From the NCBI GenBank assembly GCA_035498405.1, contig DATKAE010000084.1:3539-67538 (forward strand): a stretch of 64,000 nt of DNA, written 5' to 3'. The position numbers were made by a program, and so were the translations under genes. The notes beneath the pieces were generated by a model that saw only the letters and a program-made list of their open reading frames with translations, was not told the origin of the DNA and did not search any database. This DNA is from Thermoanaerobaculia bacterium (lineage in GTDB: Bacteria > Acidobacteriota > Thermoanaerobaculia > UBA5066 > Gp7-AA6). This document shows positions 7,701 through 15,501 of the stretch, piece after piece. The number at the start of each line of letters is the position of its first letter. Positions within the stretch are counted from its first letter, which is position 1.

Positions 7701-9873
7701 TCGCCGGCTTTAGGCCGGCCACGTGGAAGCGCACGAACGTGCGCTTGTCGGCGATGAGGGGGACGCTGTTGGTCAGATCCTGCACGGATTGCGTCACCTC
7801 GATGCTGTGGGACGTGCAGGAGGACCGCAGAGGAAACAGCTCGATCGCGTTCGTCTGCGAGAACTCCGACGTCGAACCGGCGGCGTCGGTGGCCGTCGCG
7901 GTGACGTAAGGAGGGAAAGGCACCGCGCGGGGTGCGAGCGCGGAAAGAGCGGCGTCACCCGGGAGCTTGCCCGCGATCGAGATACAGAATGAGCCGGACG
8001 CGTCAGGCGTCGCGGACGTGAGATAGGTCTTGCCCTCGCCGTGCCCCGAAGGATCGCTCGTGTCGCTCGCGTAGAAATCGATCTGCACCGTCGTCGGGTT
8101 GGCCGTATCGACGTGTCCTCGGAGGATCGTCGTGTTCGAGGCGCCGTCGTAGACCGCGGAGACCCCGACGGGGAAATTCATCAGGCTGTTCGGCCCGGTG
8201 TCGGTGTCTCCCGGATCGTTGGCCGTCACGCCGTCGGCGCCCAGGTCGATGCCGAGCCCGCCATTGTCGTGGATGCTGTCCCCGCGGATGGAGTTTCCTG
8301 TCGCTGCCGCGCCCGTAACGGTCACGCCGTTGCCCGTGTTGAAGGCGATGACGTTAGCCTCGCCGGCAGCGGTCCCGCCGATAAAGTTGCCGGTGGTGGC
8401 GTTGATGAGAACGCCGTCGCCACCATTGTGCCGGTTGGCTCCGGCTGCATTCGACCCGATCCAGTTTCCGAGCACCTTGTTGCCCGTTGCGCCGGCATTG
8501 CGGATCTCGACGCCGTACAGGGTGTTTCCGGAAATGACGTTTCCCGCGCCCGCGACCGTCCCGCCGATCGTGTTGTTCGGGGCGCTGTCGACGACGATTC
8601 CCTTGCTGTTGGGGAGGGCGGCACCGCTCGCGTTGACGCCGATGAGGTTGCCCTGGACCAGGTTGTCGTGCGCGTCCGCGGTCCCGAGAAAGATTCCGGG
8701 AAGCGTGTTGCCCGCGATGACGTTCGATTCCGCCGCGCTCGATCCGCCGACGAAGTTGCCGGGCGCCTGGACGAAGACGCCGTTACCCGCGTTGGGGAGA
8801 GCGGCGGTCCCCGTGCTGTCGGTCCCGATGTAGTTGCCGAGAACCTTGTTTCCCGTCGTACTCGTCCCGACGATGCTGACTCCGGAGGCGCCGACAGAGC
8901 CCGAGACGATGTTGCGGGCGCCGGAAGCCGCACCGCCGATCATGTTGCTCGAGGCGCCGCCGACGATCACCACGCCCTCCTGCGCATTGCCAAGCGGGGC
9001 GGTTCCGAAGACGTCGGTGCCGATGAAGTTGCCCTGCACGATGTTGCCGGTGGCCCCGCTGCCCGTGATCCCGATCCCGGGGAGTGCGTTTCCCGAGATC
9101 AAGTTCCGCACGCTGAAGTCGGTTCCGCCGATGACGTTGTTGGCGGAGTCGATATAGATGCCGTTGCCGGTGTTCGGGATCTTCGCCGTCCCGGACGCAT
9201 CCGTCCCGATGCGGTTGTTCTGCACGGTGTTCCCGGAGGCGCCCGCGCCGGTGATCTCGATTCCCGCGCCGCCGTTTCCCGAGGCGACGTTTCGACCCGC
9301 CGGAGTGTTGCCGCCGATGAAGTTGTCGGCGGAGCCCACGTAAATCCCATCGCCGGAATTCGGGAGGGACGCCGTTCCGGTGGCGTTGGTGCCGAGGAAA
9401 TTCCCCTGGATCACGTTGCCGCCGCCGGTGAGCAAGACGATCCCGTGACCGAATCGATTGATCGCAAGACCCTTCACGGTGCTGGACCCGGCCAGAATTG
9501 TCAGGCCGTTGCCTGGCGCCACAGCGGAGCCGTTGAGCTCGATCAGCGGCGTGGCGGCATAACCGGTCTGCGTCGTGCCGTCGATGATCACCGGGTCGGT
9601 GATGTCGGGAAGCGCGGTTGCCGGTGTGATCGTGTGCACGCCGGTGCCCGGGATGCCGAACGCGATCATGTCGGTTCCCGCGTTGGCGTTGGCCTCCTGG
9701 ATCGCGGCCCGCAGCGTGCAGTTGCCGTCGGTGTCCGCGCAGATACCGTCGCCGATGGTCTTGTCCGGCTTGTCATTGGTGGAGTTCACGGTGAACGTCG
9801 CAGCCGTGGCGACGGCGCCGGTCAACAGCAGGACGAGACCGAGGCACGACTGCCGGTGAGCGATCCCGCTCAC
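4720..9873 (-). CDS. 1717-aa secreted multidomain protein: CSLREA-like motif + parallel beta-helix repeats + metzincin-like protease + Ig-like domains + DUF11-like repeat + C-terminal 122-aa module
   Basis: GTG start at 9873, 5 nt after GGAGG, overlapping the upstream stop as GTGA. Signal peptide SCLGLVLLLTGAVATAATF. Contains GNCTLRAAIQEANA, about 10 repeats of GN.IGG....N.ISGN...GI.I.G..A.GN.VQGN.IGT, WYGCHEIGHALGRHH (nt 7009-7023 = HEIGH) followed by DIMTYC, and a DUF11-like stretch (LTDPVPSGLAFVSA). The listed 2084-aa ORF is a read-through into the upstream gene. Confidence 0.8.
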   Translation of the reverse strand: MSGIAHRQSCLGLVLLLTGAVATAATFTVNSTNDKPDKTIGDGICADTDGNCTLRAAIQEANANAGTDMIAFGIPGTGVHTITPATALPDITDPVIIDGTTQTGYAATPLIELNGSAVAPGNGLTILAGSSTVKGLAINRFGHGIVLLTGGGNVIQGNFLGTNATGTASLPNSGDGIYVGSADNFIGGNTPAGRNVASGNGGAGIEITGAGASGNTVQNNRIGTDASGTAKIPNTGNGIYIDSANNVIGGTDFSVRNLISGNALPGIGITGSGATGNIVQGNFIGTDVFGTAPLGNAQEGVVIVGGASSNMIGGAASGARNIVSGSVGASGVSIVGTSTTGNKVLGNYIGTDSTGTAALPNAGNGVFVQAPGNFVGGSSAAESNVIAGNTLPGIFLGTADAHDNLVQGNLIGVNASGAALPNSKGIVVDSAPNNTIGGTVAGAGNVISGNTLYGVEIRNAGATGNKVLGNWIGSNAAGANRHNGGDGVLINATTGNFIGGTAAGEANVIAFNTGNGVTVTGAAATGNSIRGDSIHDNGGLGIDLGADGVTANDPGDTDTGPNSLMNFPVGVSAVYDGASNTTILRGHVDTANPTTVQIDFYASDTSDPSGHGEGKTYLTSATPDASGSFCISIAGKLPGDAALSALAPRAVPFPPYVTATATDAAGSTSEFSQTNAIELFPLRSSCTSHSIEVTQSVQDLTNSVPLIADKRTFVRFHVAGLKPASGITAKLEGSQGGASLGAALQPLNRGAVINVATVPHRTLLDDSFYFELPKEWIHAGTITLRAQIDPAHTVAEDDPGNNSDSVDVTFAAAKTPSLRIVNYQYYNGGFPGGVLVSAAALDQSLLESELRRMYPISKLNVVRRTFVDYVSAAVPTSNVVNGVLLWIRNNWNAGDPGVVYYGMVDDSGGFMRGSSAGIPSFQASGPTGNPQTFPNFRWDTDAAYGDWYGCHEIGHALGRHHSTFCGAVWAAGEVAPAYPYPNGLIGGPATSPLQFAGFDAGDARFNIAPQPVSPNWTDIMTYCAYEWASDFTYKGLSGYINATFPAVVAGSTTMAAARTQTTGDFLSVYGTIDFASDAASFVVLSRQSEVATVPPLVAGPYRIRLLDGAGGILADHPFTPLVSTDDGDTGIIQQIVDFAAGTKRITIFSDATGHEIASRQVSANPPTVSILSRSGGPSLPASGPVTLSWSGSDVDGDALTYTVLYSPTSKSTWRAIATGIAGTSLPLEASELEGTGGAASGYLRVVGSDGVLTGFADNGPFTVAGKPPQAQILSPANGAVYQAGQVVTLEGLGEDYEDGTLGDAQLSWSSSLDGALGTGHLIHTAALSLGTHTLTLTATDSNGQTGTSTVSVTIAASVARPGPTLVAGPAPIRFFSDNGGPAPAPEQLGVRNSGTGTVTWSASADASWVTLSPASGIAPSELLVGVDPSALTGPGTYTAHITITSTGSAGSPQVLTVTEEVIPQTSQTTDLSVTSTASPDPVMLGGSWTHSIQVKNVGPATATGVTLTDPVPSGLAFVSADSDRGTCELSAGVITCALGDLSSGATANVTVVLLTTRAGSACDTVSVSGDQIDPNSDNDSSSACATVEGTGSPVPGFFTLTPCRILDTRNADGPLGGPALVAGAVRTFPLVGTCGIPADARSVSLNVTITQPTAAGDLRLFPGGAALPLVSTINYRAGQTRANNAIATLGDSGDLSVRCDQTSGTVHLIVDVNGYFE
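4846..4989. repeat. Near-identical 144-nt patch, copy B (partner 3336-3479)
   Basis: See copy A. The two are offset by exactly 1510 nt and occupy the same position within the homologous C-terminal modules. Confidence 0.85.
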
Positions 9874-11027
9874 GAGGGCCTCCGCAACAGGAACAGCCCC
9901 GCCGCCACGAGCGAGAGCGCGAGCACCGCGAGGAACGACGGGGACAGCGTCGGGATGGCGGCCGCCGGGGCAGGACCGACCGGCGGTGCAGCCGTCGGGG
10001 AGGGAGCCGGGCCGAAAGTGGGAGTGACGGTTGCGGTCGGCGTCGCCGTGGGCGCCGCCGCGAGGCTGTAGCGCCCGATCGCACTCGTGTTCTCCTCGGT
10101 GAACCAGATGTTCCCGTCCGGTCCCGTCGCGATGCCCCAGGGTCCGGCGTTGATGGTCGGGACCAGAAACTCGGTGATGACTCCGGCCGTCGTGACCCTC
10201 GCGATCCTGCCCGCGCCGAGGTAATCCTCCGTGAACCACAGGTTCCCGTCCGGGCCGACCGCGATATCGCGCGGCCCGCTGTTGCTCGAAGGGATCGGGA
10301 ACTCGGTGATCACGCCCGCCGTCGTAATCCGCCCGATCTGATTGCCGCCGTATCCCTCCGTGAACCAGAGGTTGCCGTCCGGGCCCGCCGTGATGCCGTA
10401 GGGGCCGCTTGCGGGCGTCGGGATCGGGAACTCCGTGATGACGCCAGCCGTGGTGATCCGGCCGATCTTGTTGGCGAAATCGCGGCCCTCGGTAAACCAG
10501 AGGTTTCCGTCCGGCCCCGACGCGATGAGGTAAGGCAGGCTGCTGGTTGTGGGTATCGGAAACTCGGTGATAACGCCGGCTGTAGTGATCCGCCCGATCT
10601 TGTTGGCTTGTTCTGTGAACCAGAGATTCCCGTCGGAACCGGCGGCGATGCCGAAGGGCCCGCTGGTCGGCGTCGGGATTGCAAACTCCGTGAGAACGCC
10701 GGCTGGCGTGATCCGGTCGATCCGGTTCGTGCTGGAGACCGTAAACCAGAGGTTGCCGTCCGGACCCGGCGCGATGTAGACAGGGCCGCTCGCAAACATG
10801 ACCCCAGGGATTAGGAACTCGGTGATGACGCCGGCCGTCGTGATCCGGCCGACCCGGTTCCCAATGACGTTCGATTCCGTGAACCAAAGGTTTCCGTCGG
10901 CACCCACCGTGATGCTCAGCGGGCCGCCGGCCGTCGGAGTCGAGAACTCCGTGAACATCTGCGCGGTCATGCACCCGCTGGAGAGGATTCCGGCGAGAAG
11001 CCAGGCCCGCGTTGGCCTGCCGCGCAT
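9870..11027 (-). CDS. Vgb-lyase-like beta-propeller repeat protein with IPTL-CTERM sorting signal
   Basis: ATG at 11027 after GGAGG. N-terminus is lipoprotein/signal-like (AWLLAGILSSGCM). Seven repeats of GPDGNLWFTE...IGRITTAGVITEFPIP. C-terminus is a P/A linker followed by IPTLSPSFLAVLALSLVAAGLFLLRRPS (IPTL motif + TM + basic tail). Confidence 0.8.
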   Translation of the reverse strand: MRGRPTRAWLLAGILSSGCMTAQMFTEFSTPTAGGPLSITVGADGNLWFTESNVIGNRVGRITTAGVITEFLIPGVMFASGPVYIAPGPDGNLWFTVSSTNRIDRITPAGVLTEFAIPTPTSGPFGIAAGSDGNLWFTEQANKIGRITTAGVITEFPIPTTSSLPYLIASGPDGNLWFTEGRDFANKIGRITTAGVITEFPIPTPASGPYGITAGPDGNLWFTEGYGGNQIGRITTAGVITEFPIPSSNSGPRDIAVGPDGNLWFTEDYLGAGRIARVTTAGVITEFLVPTINAGPWGIATGPDGNIWFTEENTSAIGRYSLAAAPTATPTATVTPTFGPAPSPTAAPPVGPAPAAAIPTLSPSFLAVLALSLVAAGLFLLRRPS

Positions 11028-11143
11028 GGGTACCTCCCCGGGCCTACTGCCGGACGATCCGGCGCGAGGCCCGCTGTCGCTCTGACAGTCGGCGCGGCGT
11101 TTTGTTTCGCGGCGAAGCCCGGCGGGCGTCGAGCCGGCAGGGT

Positions 11144-11797
11144 CTACGGGGAGGGCGCCTCGAAGCGGTAGACCGTTCCCCGGTAGAGGACGACCACGCG
11201 GGATCCCAGCGAGGCCCACGGCCCGAGATCCGGAATGCGCGAGAGGACCTCCCGTCGCTCTTCGGGTGTCGCGACGCGGACGACCGGTAGGTCGGCGGAA
11301 GGATCGAACTCGCGATCCACCCATTCCCCCGCGATCAGATCGAAGCTCTTGCCGGCGACCACCCGACGGCCGGATCGGTGCAATTCGGGCGGCCGCGAGG
11401 AGTGCCGCGGAGCCGCTGAAACCGCCGGAGCGGGAGCGGCGCCCACCTCCGAGGGTGCAGGCGCGGCGGTGGGTGCGGCCGGCGCAGGGGCGGCGGGCGA
11501 GCGGCCCTCGGAAGGCTTTTCGGAGGTGATCCGAACGCCGAGCCACGCCGCCACGAGAAGCGCAGCCGCTGCGGCGAGCAGGCCAGCGACGGGAGAAAAA
11601 ACGAACCGGGCGTGGCGGGCGCGCGCGGTGAGCGAGACGACCGAACGGCACTCCCGGCAATCCGCGAGGTGCCGGATCATTCGGGATCGGCCCTCCGCGT
11701 TCAGGTTCTCGTCCAGGAAGGCCGCGAGCGCGCTCGTGTCCGGGTCTCCCGGACGGTGGCTCAAGGTGTCTTGTTGCACGTCACTCCTCTTAGACAC
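11144..11797 (-). CDS. Anti-sigma factor (zf-HC2 type), single-pass membrane protein
   Basis: GTG start overlapping the sigma-factor stop by 8 nt (GTGTCTAA). HLADCRECR zinc-finger motif, TM segment FSPVAGLLAAAAALLVAAWLGV, P/A linker and a periplasmic domain of about 100 aa. Confidence 0.75.
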   Translation of the reverse strand: MSKRSDVQQDTLSHRPGDPDTSALAAFLDENLNAEGRSRMIRHLADCRECRSVVSLTARARHARFVFSPVAGLLAAAAALLVAAWLGVRITSEKPSEGRSPAAPAPAAPTAAPAPSEVGAAPAPAVSAAPRHSSRPPELHRSGRRVVAGKSFDLIAGEWVDREFDPSADLPVVRVATPEERREVLSRIPDLGPWASLGSRVVVLYRGTVYRFEAPSP

Positions 11798-12584
11798 GTC
11801 CCCGGCCGCGCTTTTTCGTGTCTGGAGGCGCCGCCAGCAGCGCGCTCAGGTCGAAATCCACCCGTCCGAAATCGACCGGGCCGCCGGTCGTGCTCGCGTC
11901 CGCGCCGGTCTCCTCCTTCTCCCGCGTCGCGATCTCCTGACGCAGCCGCGAGCGAACCTCGGCGAGCCTGCGGCTCAGGGTCGCCTTGGAGACTCCGAGC
12001 ATCGGCGAGATCTGTTCGAGAGTCAGCGACTGCTCGTAGTAGAGCAAGAGCAGCAGTCGGGCATCCGCGTCCAGAGCCTGCAGCGCGGCTGCCGTTGCCC
12101 GCGCGAGCGCGCTGAGATCCCGATCTTCGCCGTCGGGCGCGCGCGAGGGCTCTCCCGCGTCCTCGAGCGGCCGATCCCGTCGCATCGCGGCGAGGGCGTT
12201 GCTGGCGGCGTGGGCGACCAGGGTTCCCAGCCACGTGCGCAGCGAGCTGCGTCCCCCGAACTGGCGGATCTTGGCGCGCTGCCACAGGTCGGCGATGACG
12301 CGCTCCGCCACGTCGCTCGCGGGGGGATCGCGGCGAGTGCAGCGCATCGCGAAGTCCCGGATGAACGGGAAGTGTCGGCGCGACAGCTCCTCCCACGCGG
12401 CTTCCTCGCCGGCCGCGCAGGCGGCCGCGAGATAGAGATCGTCCAAGGCCAGTCGGTCGGGACGCGTCCCGCTGGCCACCGCCTCCCGGACGCGGCTTTC
12501 GAGCCCGGCCGGATCGACGTCGAAACGCCGCCGAACGCGGCGCTCGATCTCGGCGCCGAGGTTCCAACTTCGTTCGTCGCTCAA
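11790..12584 (-). CDS. ECF-type RNA polymerase sigma-70 family factor with N-terminal extension
   Basis: TTG start at 12584 overlapping the stop of the upstream CHAT gene (TTGA). Region-2-like segment (AWEELSRRHFPFIRDFA...ADLWQ) and region-4 HTH (LLLLYYEQSLTLEQISPMLGVSKATLSRRLAEVRSRL). The listed 770-aa ORF is read-through. Confidence 0.8.
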   Translation of the reverse strand: MSDERSWNLGAEIERRVRRRFDVDPAGLESRVREAVASGTRPDRLALDDLYLAAACAAGEEAAWEELSRRHFPFIRDFAMRCTRRDPPASDVAERVIADLWQRAKIRQFGGRSSLRTWLGTLVAHAASNALAAMRRDRPLEDAGEPSRAPDGEDRDLSALARATAAALQALDADARLLLLLYYEQSLTLEQISPMLGVSKATLSRRLAEVRSRLRQEIATREKEETGADASTTGGPVDFGRVDFDLSALLAAPPDTKKRGRGRV

Positions 12585-15358
12585 GGCTCGCCGACCAGCT
12601 CGAATCCGGCCCACAGGGCGGGGTCCCGGAATCGCCGCTGCGCCTCGAGCTGCGCGGCCCGCAACGCCTCCGCCTTGCCGTGCCCGGCCTGCAGATTCGC
12701 GTAGAAGCGGTCCATCAGGAAGGTCGTCGCGCGGTCGTCGACGTCCCACTGGCTGACGACGACGGAGGGCGTGCCGGCGTAGAGGAAGGCGCGGGTCAGA
12801 CCGAGAATGCCTTCGCCGGTCACCTCGCCCAGGCCGGTCGAGCAACCGCTCAGGACGACGAGGTCTGCGTGCAGGACGAGGCCGAAGATCTCGTCGGCGC
12901 GCAGATAGCCGTCCTCGCCCTCGCCTTCCGCGAGGAGCAACGCGGAGTCGAGCGGCCGCCGGTCGGAGACTAGGCCGTGCGTCGCGAAGTGGAGGACCTC
13001 GCGGCCTCCGGAGCGGCTCTTGACCGCGGCCTCGGTGGCCGCGGCGCCGGTCAGCACGTCGCGCCGGGATTCGGGAAAGTGCGCCGCGACGAGCGCGCCC
13101 TCCCGGCGGGCTCCGGCCAGCCTCTCGAGCCCGGATCCCCGGGGCGGGACCGGATCCGCCACGACGAGAGCGCTCGTCAGACCCGGGGAATGCCGCCCCT
13201 TGTTTGCCGTGTAGCGCAGCACGGACACGGCCGGAACGACGACGAGCGTATGCCTCTCGAGAAGGGTGCGACCGCTGCGGTCGAGGAGAGCCGCGAACGG
13301 AAGCAGAGAGAGAATGCCCTGCGGCGCCACGATCAGGAGCTCCTCGGGGCGCGCGGGGAGCCAGCGCGCGACCGGTTCGATGAGCAGGCGATCGAGCTCG
13401 CGCAGGCGCCGGGCGGCGTCGCGCCGCGCGGCCGGGCTCGAGCGGTTCATGTCGGCGAGGACGGCTTGCACGAGCGAAGCGAGGCGGCCCCGTCCCGCCT
13501 CGAGCGATTCCTCGTGCAGCTCTCCTTCGGGAGAGAGCGACCAGAGAAAGAGCCGATCCTCGGTCAGGAGGTATTCGACGAGCGTGCCCCTCCGCGCGGA
13601 GACGGCCTGCCGGATGTCCTCGCCCGTCGGGGTCTCTACCGTCAGGAGGCTTGCAAGCTCGGGGTCGCGTTTCCGGAGCCGCGAGAGCGCCGCGTCGACG
13701 CGGTCGGGAGCGCCACGAGCTCCGGCAGCGACGGCTGCGTCCCCTGTCGGTAGAGGCGTCGCGCGAGTCTCTTCGAGGGCCTGCCGCACGTCTTCGAGGG
13801 CCTCGCGGGCGTCCGGATGCGGTGCCCCGCCTCTCTGCCCGAGGAGGTCGGCGAGGGCGCGGGCGCGGCAGGCCTCCGCGACCTCCAGAGCCTCCTGCGG
13901 GAGCCCCGCTCGGGTGAGCGCCTCGACGAGGTCCTCGAAGGCGCGGCGCCTCTGCTCGAGGAATCCGATCTTCCCCGGGTCGGTCCGGACCTCGGCCCTC
14001 AGGTCGTCGATGAGGCGGACGCTCGCGCGAAGGGCCTCGACCGCTTCGGGATCTCGGCCGAGCGCCCGAAGCGCGCGGGCGCGGTCCGCCTGGACCTGCC
14101 ACTCGATGTCGGGCATGGTGTTCGTGCGCGCCAGCGAGAGTGCGGCGTCCATTCGCGCGAGGGCCTCGGAGGGCCGCCCGGCGCGCAGGTCCAGCACGCC
14201 GAGCGAATCCAGGTCCGAGGCCTCAGGATCCGGTTCCCCGATCTCCCGGGCGATGGCGAGGCTCTCTTCCAGATTGGCGCGCGCCGCTTCCAGATCGCCG
14301 AGCTGGATGCACACGTCGCCGAGCTGCGACAGCGTGCGGGCCGTCTCCGCGCGGCGGCCGAGCTTCTTCCACACCGCAAGCGCCTCGTCGTATCGCTCGA
14401 GGCCCTCGCGTTCGTGGCCCAGATGGGTGAGGCAGACCCCGATGTTCCAGGCGGCAAAGCCGATCTGAGCCTTGTAGCCGATCTTCTTCGCGATGACGAG
14501 GGACTCCTGAAAACGCGGCTTCGCCTCCTCGAACTGTCCCAGATCCATGAGGACCACGCCGATCCCGTTGAGCGTCTGCGCTTCGCCTTGCCGGTCTCCT
14601 CCTTCCCGCCGCAGAGGCAGAGCCTCCGCGTACAGATCGAGCGCCTTCGCGAATCGACCGCGGGCCCGGGCCACGAGACCGAGCGCGTTGAGAGTCTGGC
14701 CGATGGCCGCCGGATTGCCTTGCCCGCGCCGGATCGCCAGGGACCGCTCCATCCATTCCTCGGCGTCTCCGTAGTGGGCGAGGAAGCGATAGACGAGACC
14801 GATGTTCATGGTCGCGACGCCTTCGAGGCGGGCGGAAGGGGCATAGGCGTCGACCTCGAGGGCCCGACGATAGGCGTCGAGGGCCTCGGGGTAGCGGGCA
14901 AGGCTGTAGTTCGAGAGGCCGATGTCGTTCCAGTTGAGGGCCTCCTCGGCGGTCTGGCCCAGACGCTGGCGGATGACGAGCGCCTCGCGCAGCGGCTCGA
15001 GCGCCGCCGCGGAGTCTCCCGAGAGCCAGCGCGCTACTCCCAGCCCTTCGAGGGCGTCACCCGTGCTCCGTTCGTCGCAGAGGGCTTCGGACAGGTCGAG
15101 AGCCGCCTGAAACCGTTCGACGGCTTCCGGGCCGTTGCCGGTCCGGTTGGCCTCCTCGCCGGCCGCGAGCTGCTTTCGAAGCTCCGCTTCCTTCGCCTCC
15201 GAGGCCGACGGCGGCGCCGACTCGACCCGAGTGCCGGCGGAAGGGGCCCCGACGGCGCGGGCGGGACGGTCCGGCGCGGCCGGGTCCGCCGACAGGGATG
15301 GCGTCGCCAGAGCGAGCAGGCACAGCAGGGTCGGGACAGCCAGGAACTGGACCATCAC
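12581..15358 (-). CDS. Exported TPR-repeat CHAT-domain (caspase-fold) protease
   Basis: 925 aa. Signal peptide MMVQFLAVPTLLCLLALATPSLSA|DP. About 10 TPR-like repeats. C-terminal CHAT domain with the dyad HFATHG (His codon 12977-12979) and VLSGCSTG (Cys codon 12842-12844). Confidence 0.85.
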   Translation of the reverse strand: MMVQFLAVPTLLCLLALATPSLSADPAAPDRPARAVGAPSAGTRVESAPPSASEAKEAELRKQLAAGEEANRTGNGPEAVERFQAALDLSEALCDERSTGDALEGLGVARWLSGDSAAALEPLREALVIRQRLGQTAEEALNWNDIGLSNYSLARYPEALDAYRRALEVDAYAPSARLEGVATMNIGLVYRFLAHYGDAEEWMERSLAIRRGQGNPAAIGQTLNALGLVARARGRFAKALDLYAEALPLRREGGDRQGEAQTLNGIGVVLMDLGQFEEAKPRFQESLVIAKKIGYKAQIGFAAWNIGVCLTHLGHEREGLERYDEALAVWKKLGRRAETARTLSQLGDVCIQLGDLEAARANLEESLAIAREIGEPDPEASDLDSLGVLDLRAGRPSEALARMDAALSLARTNTMPDIEWQVQADRARALRALGRDPEAVEALRASVRLIDDLRAEVRTDPGKIGFLEQRRRAFEDLVEALTRAGLPQEALEVAEACRARALADLLGQRGGAPHPDAREALEDVRQALEETRATPLPTGDAAVAAGARGAPDRVDAALSRLRKRDPELASLLTVETPTGEDIRQAVSARRGTLVEYLLTEDRLFLWSLSPEGELHEESLEAGRGRLASLVQAVLADMNRSSPAARRDAARRLRELDRLLIEPVARWLPARPEELLIVAPQGILSLLPFAALLDRSGRTLLERHTLVVVPAVSVLRYTANKGRHSPGLTSALVVADPVPPRGSGLERLAGARREGALVAAHFPESRRDVLTGAAATEAAVKSRSGGREVLHFATHGLVSDRRPLDSALLLAEGEGEDGYLRADEIFGLVLHADLVVLSGCSTGLGEVTGEGILGLTRAFLYAGTPSVVVSQWDVDDRATTFLMDRFYANLQAGHGKAEALRAAQLEAQRRFRDPALWAGFELVGEP

Positions 15359-15453
15359 AATAGTTTCCCGTTTCCGCAGACGACATTCCAGCGGCCGCGG
15401 CGGTCCGCGGAGCGCCCGGATCAGACCCGCGTGGTCCTGAGGGTCGCCTTTGA

Positions 15454-15501
<48 letters not shown>

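Noticed and set aside
5404-7713. Long plus-strand ORFs (5404-7713, 8041-10071 and 8198-8833) opposite the giant minus-strand gene
   Set aside because: Arg/Gly/Asp/Pro-dominated composition with no motifs, lying entirely antisense to a gene with clear domain structure. These are typical shadow ORFs of high-GC DNA.
9874-10974. N-terminal 367 aa of the listed 2084-aa ORF (and similar 5' extensions of ORFs 9870-11660, 11790-14102, 38218-41367, 37688-39337, 44591-46003, 47565-50138, 58481-60481, 26684-29149)
   Set aside because: These extensions overlap upstream genes in another frame and look like R/P/G junk. Internal starts with an RBS and/or signal peptides and start/stop overlaps give sensible gene boundaries, so the ORFs were trimmed.
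11084-11108. ECF-type promoter (GAAAC-N17-GTC, minus strand) upstream of the propeller gene
   Set aside because: Not listed as a feature. The match is to a very loose consensus, and I found no second copy upstream of the CHAT-sigma operon that would indicate autoregulation. It is mentioned only as a speculative lead in the CHAT/ECF finding.
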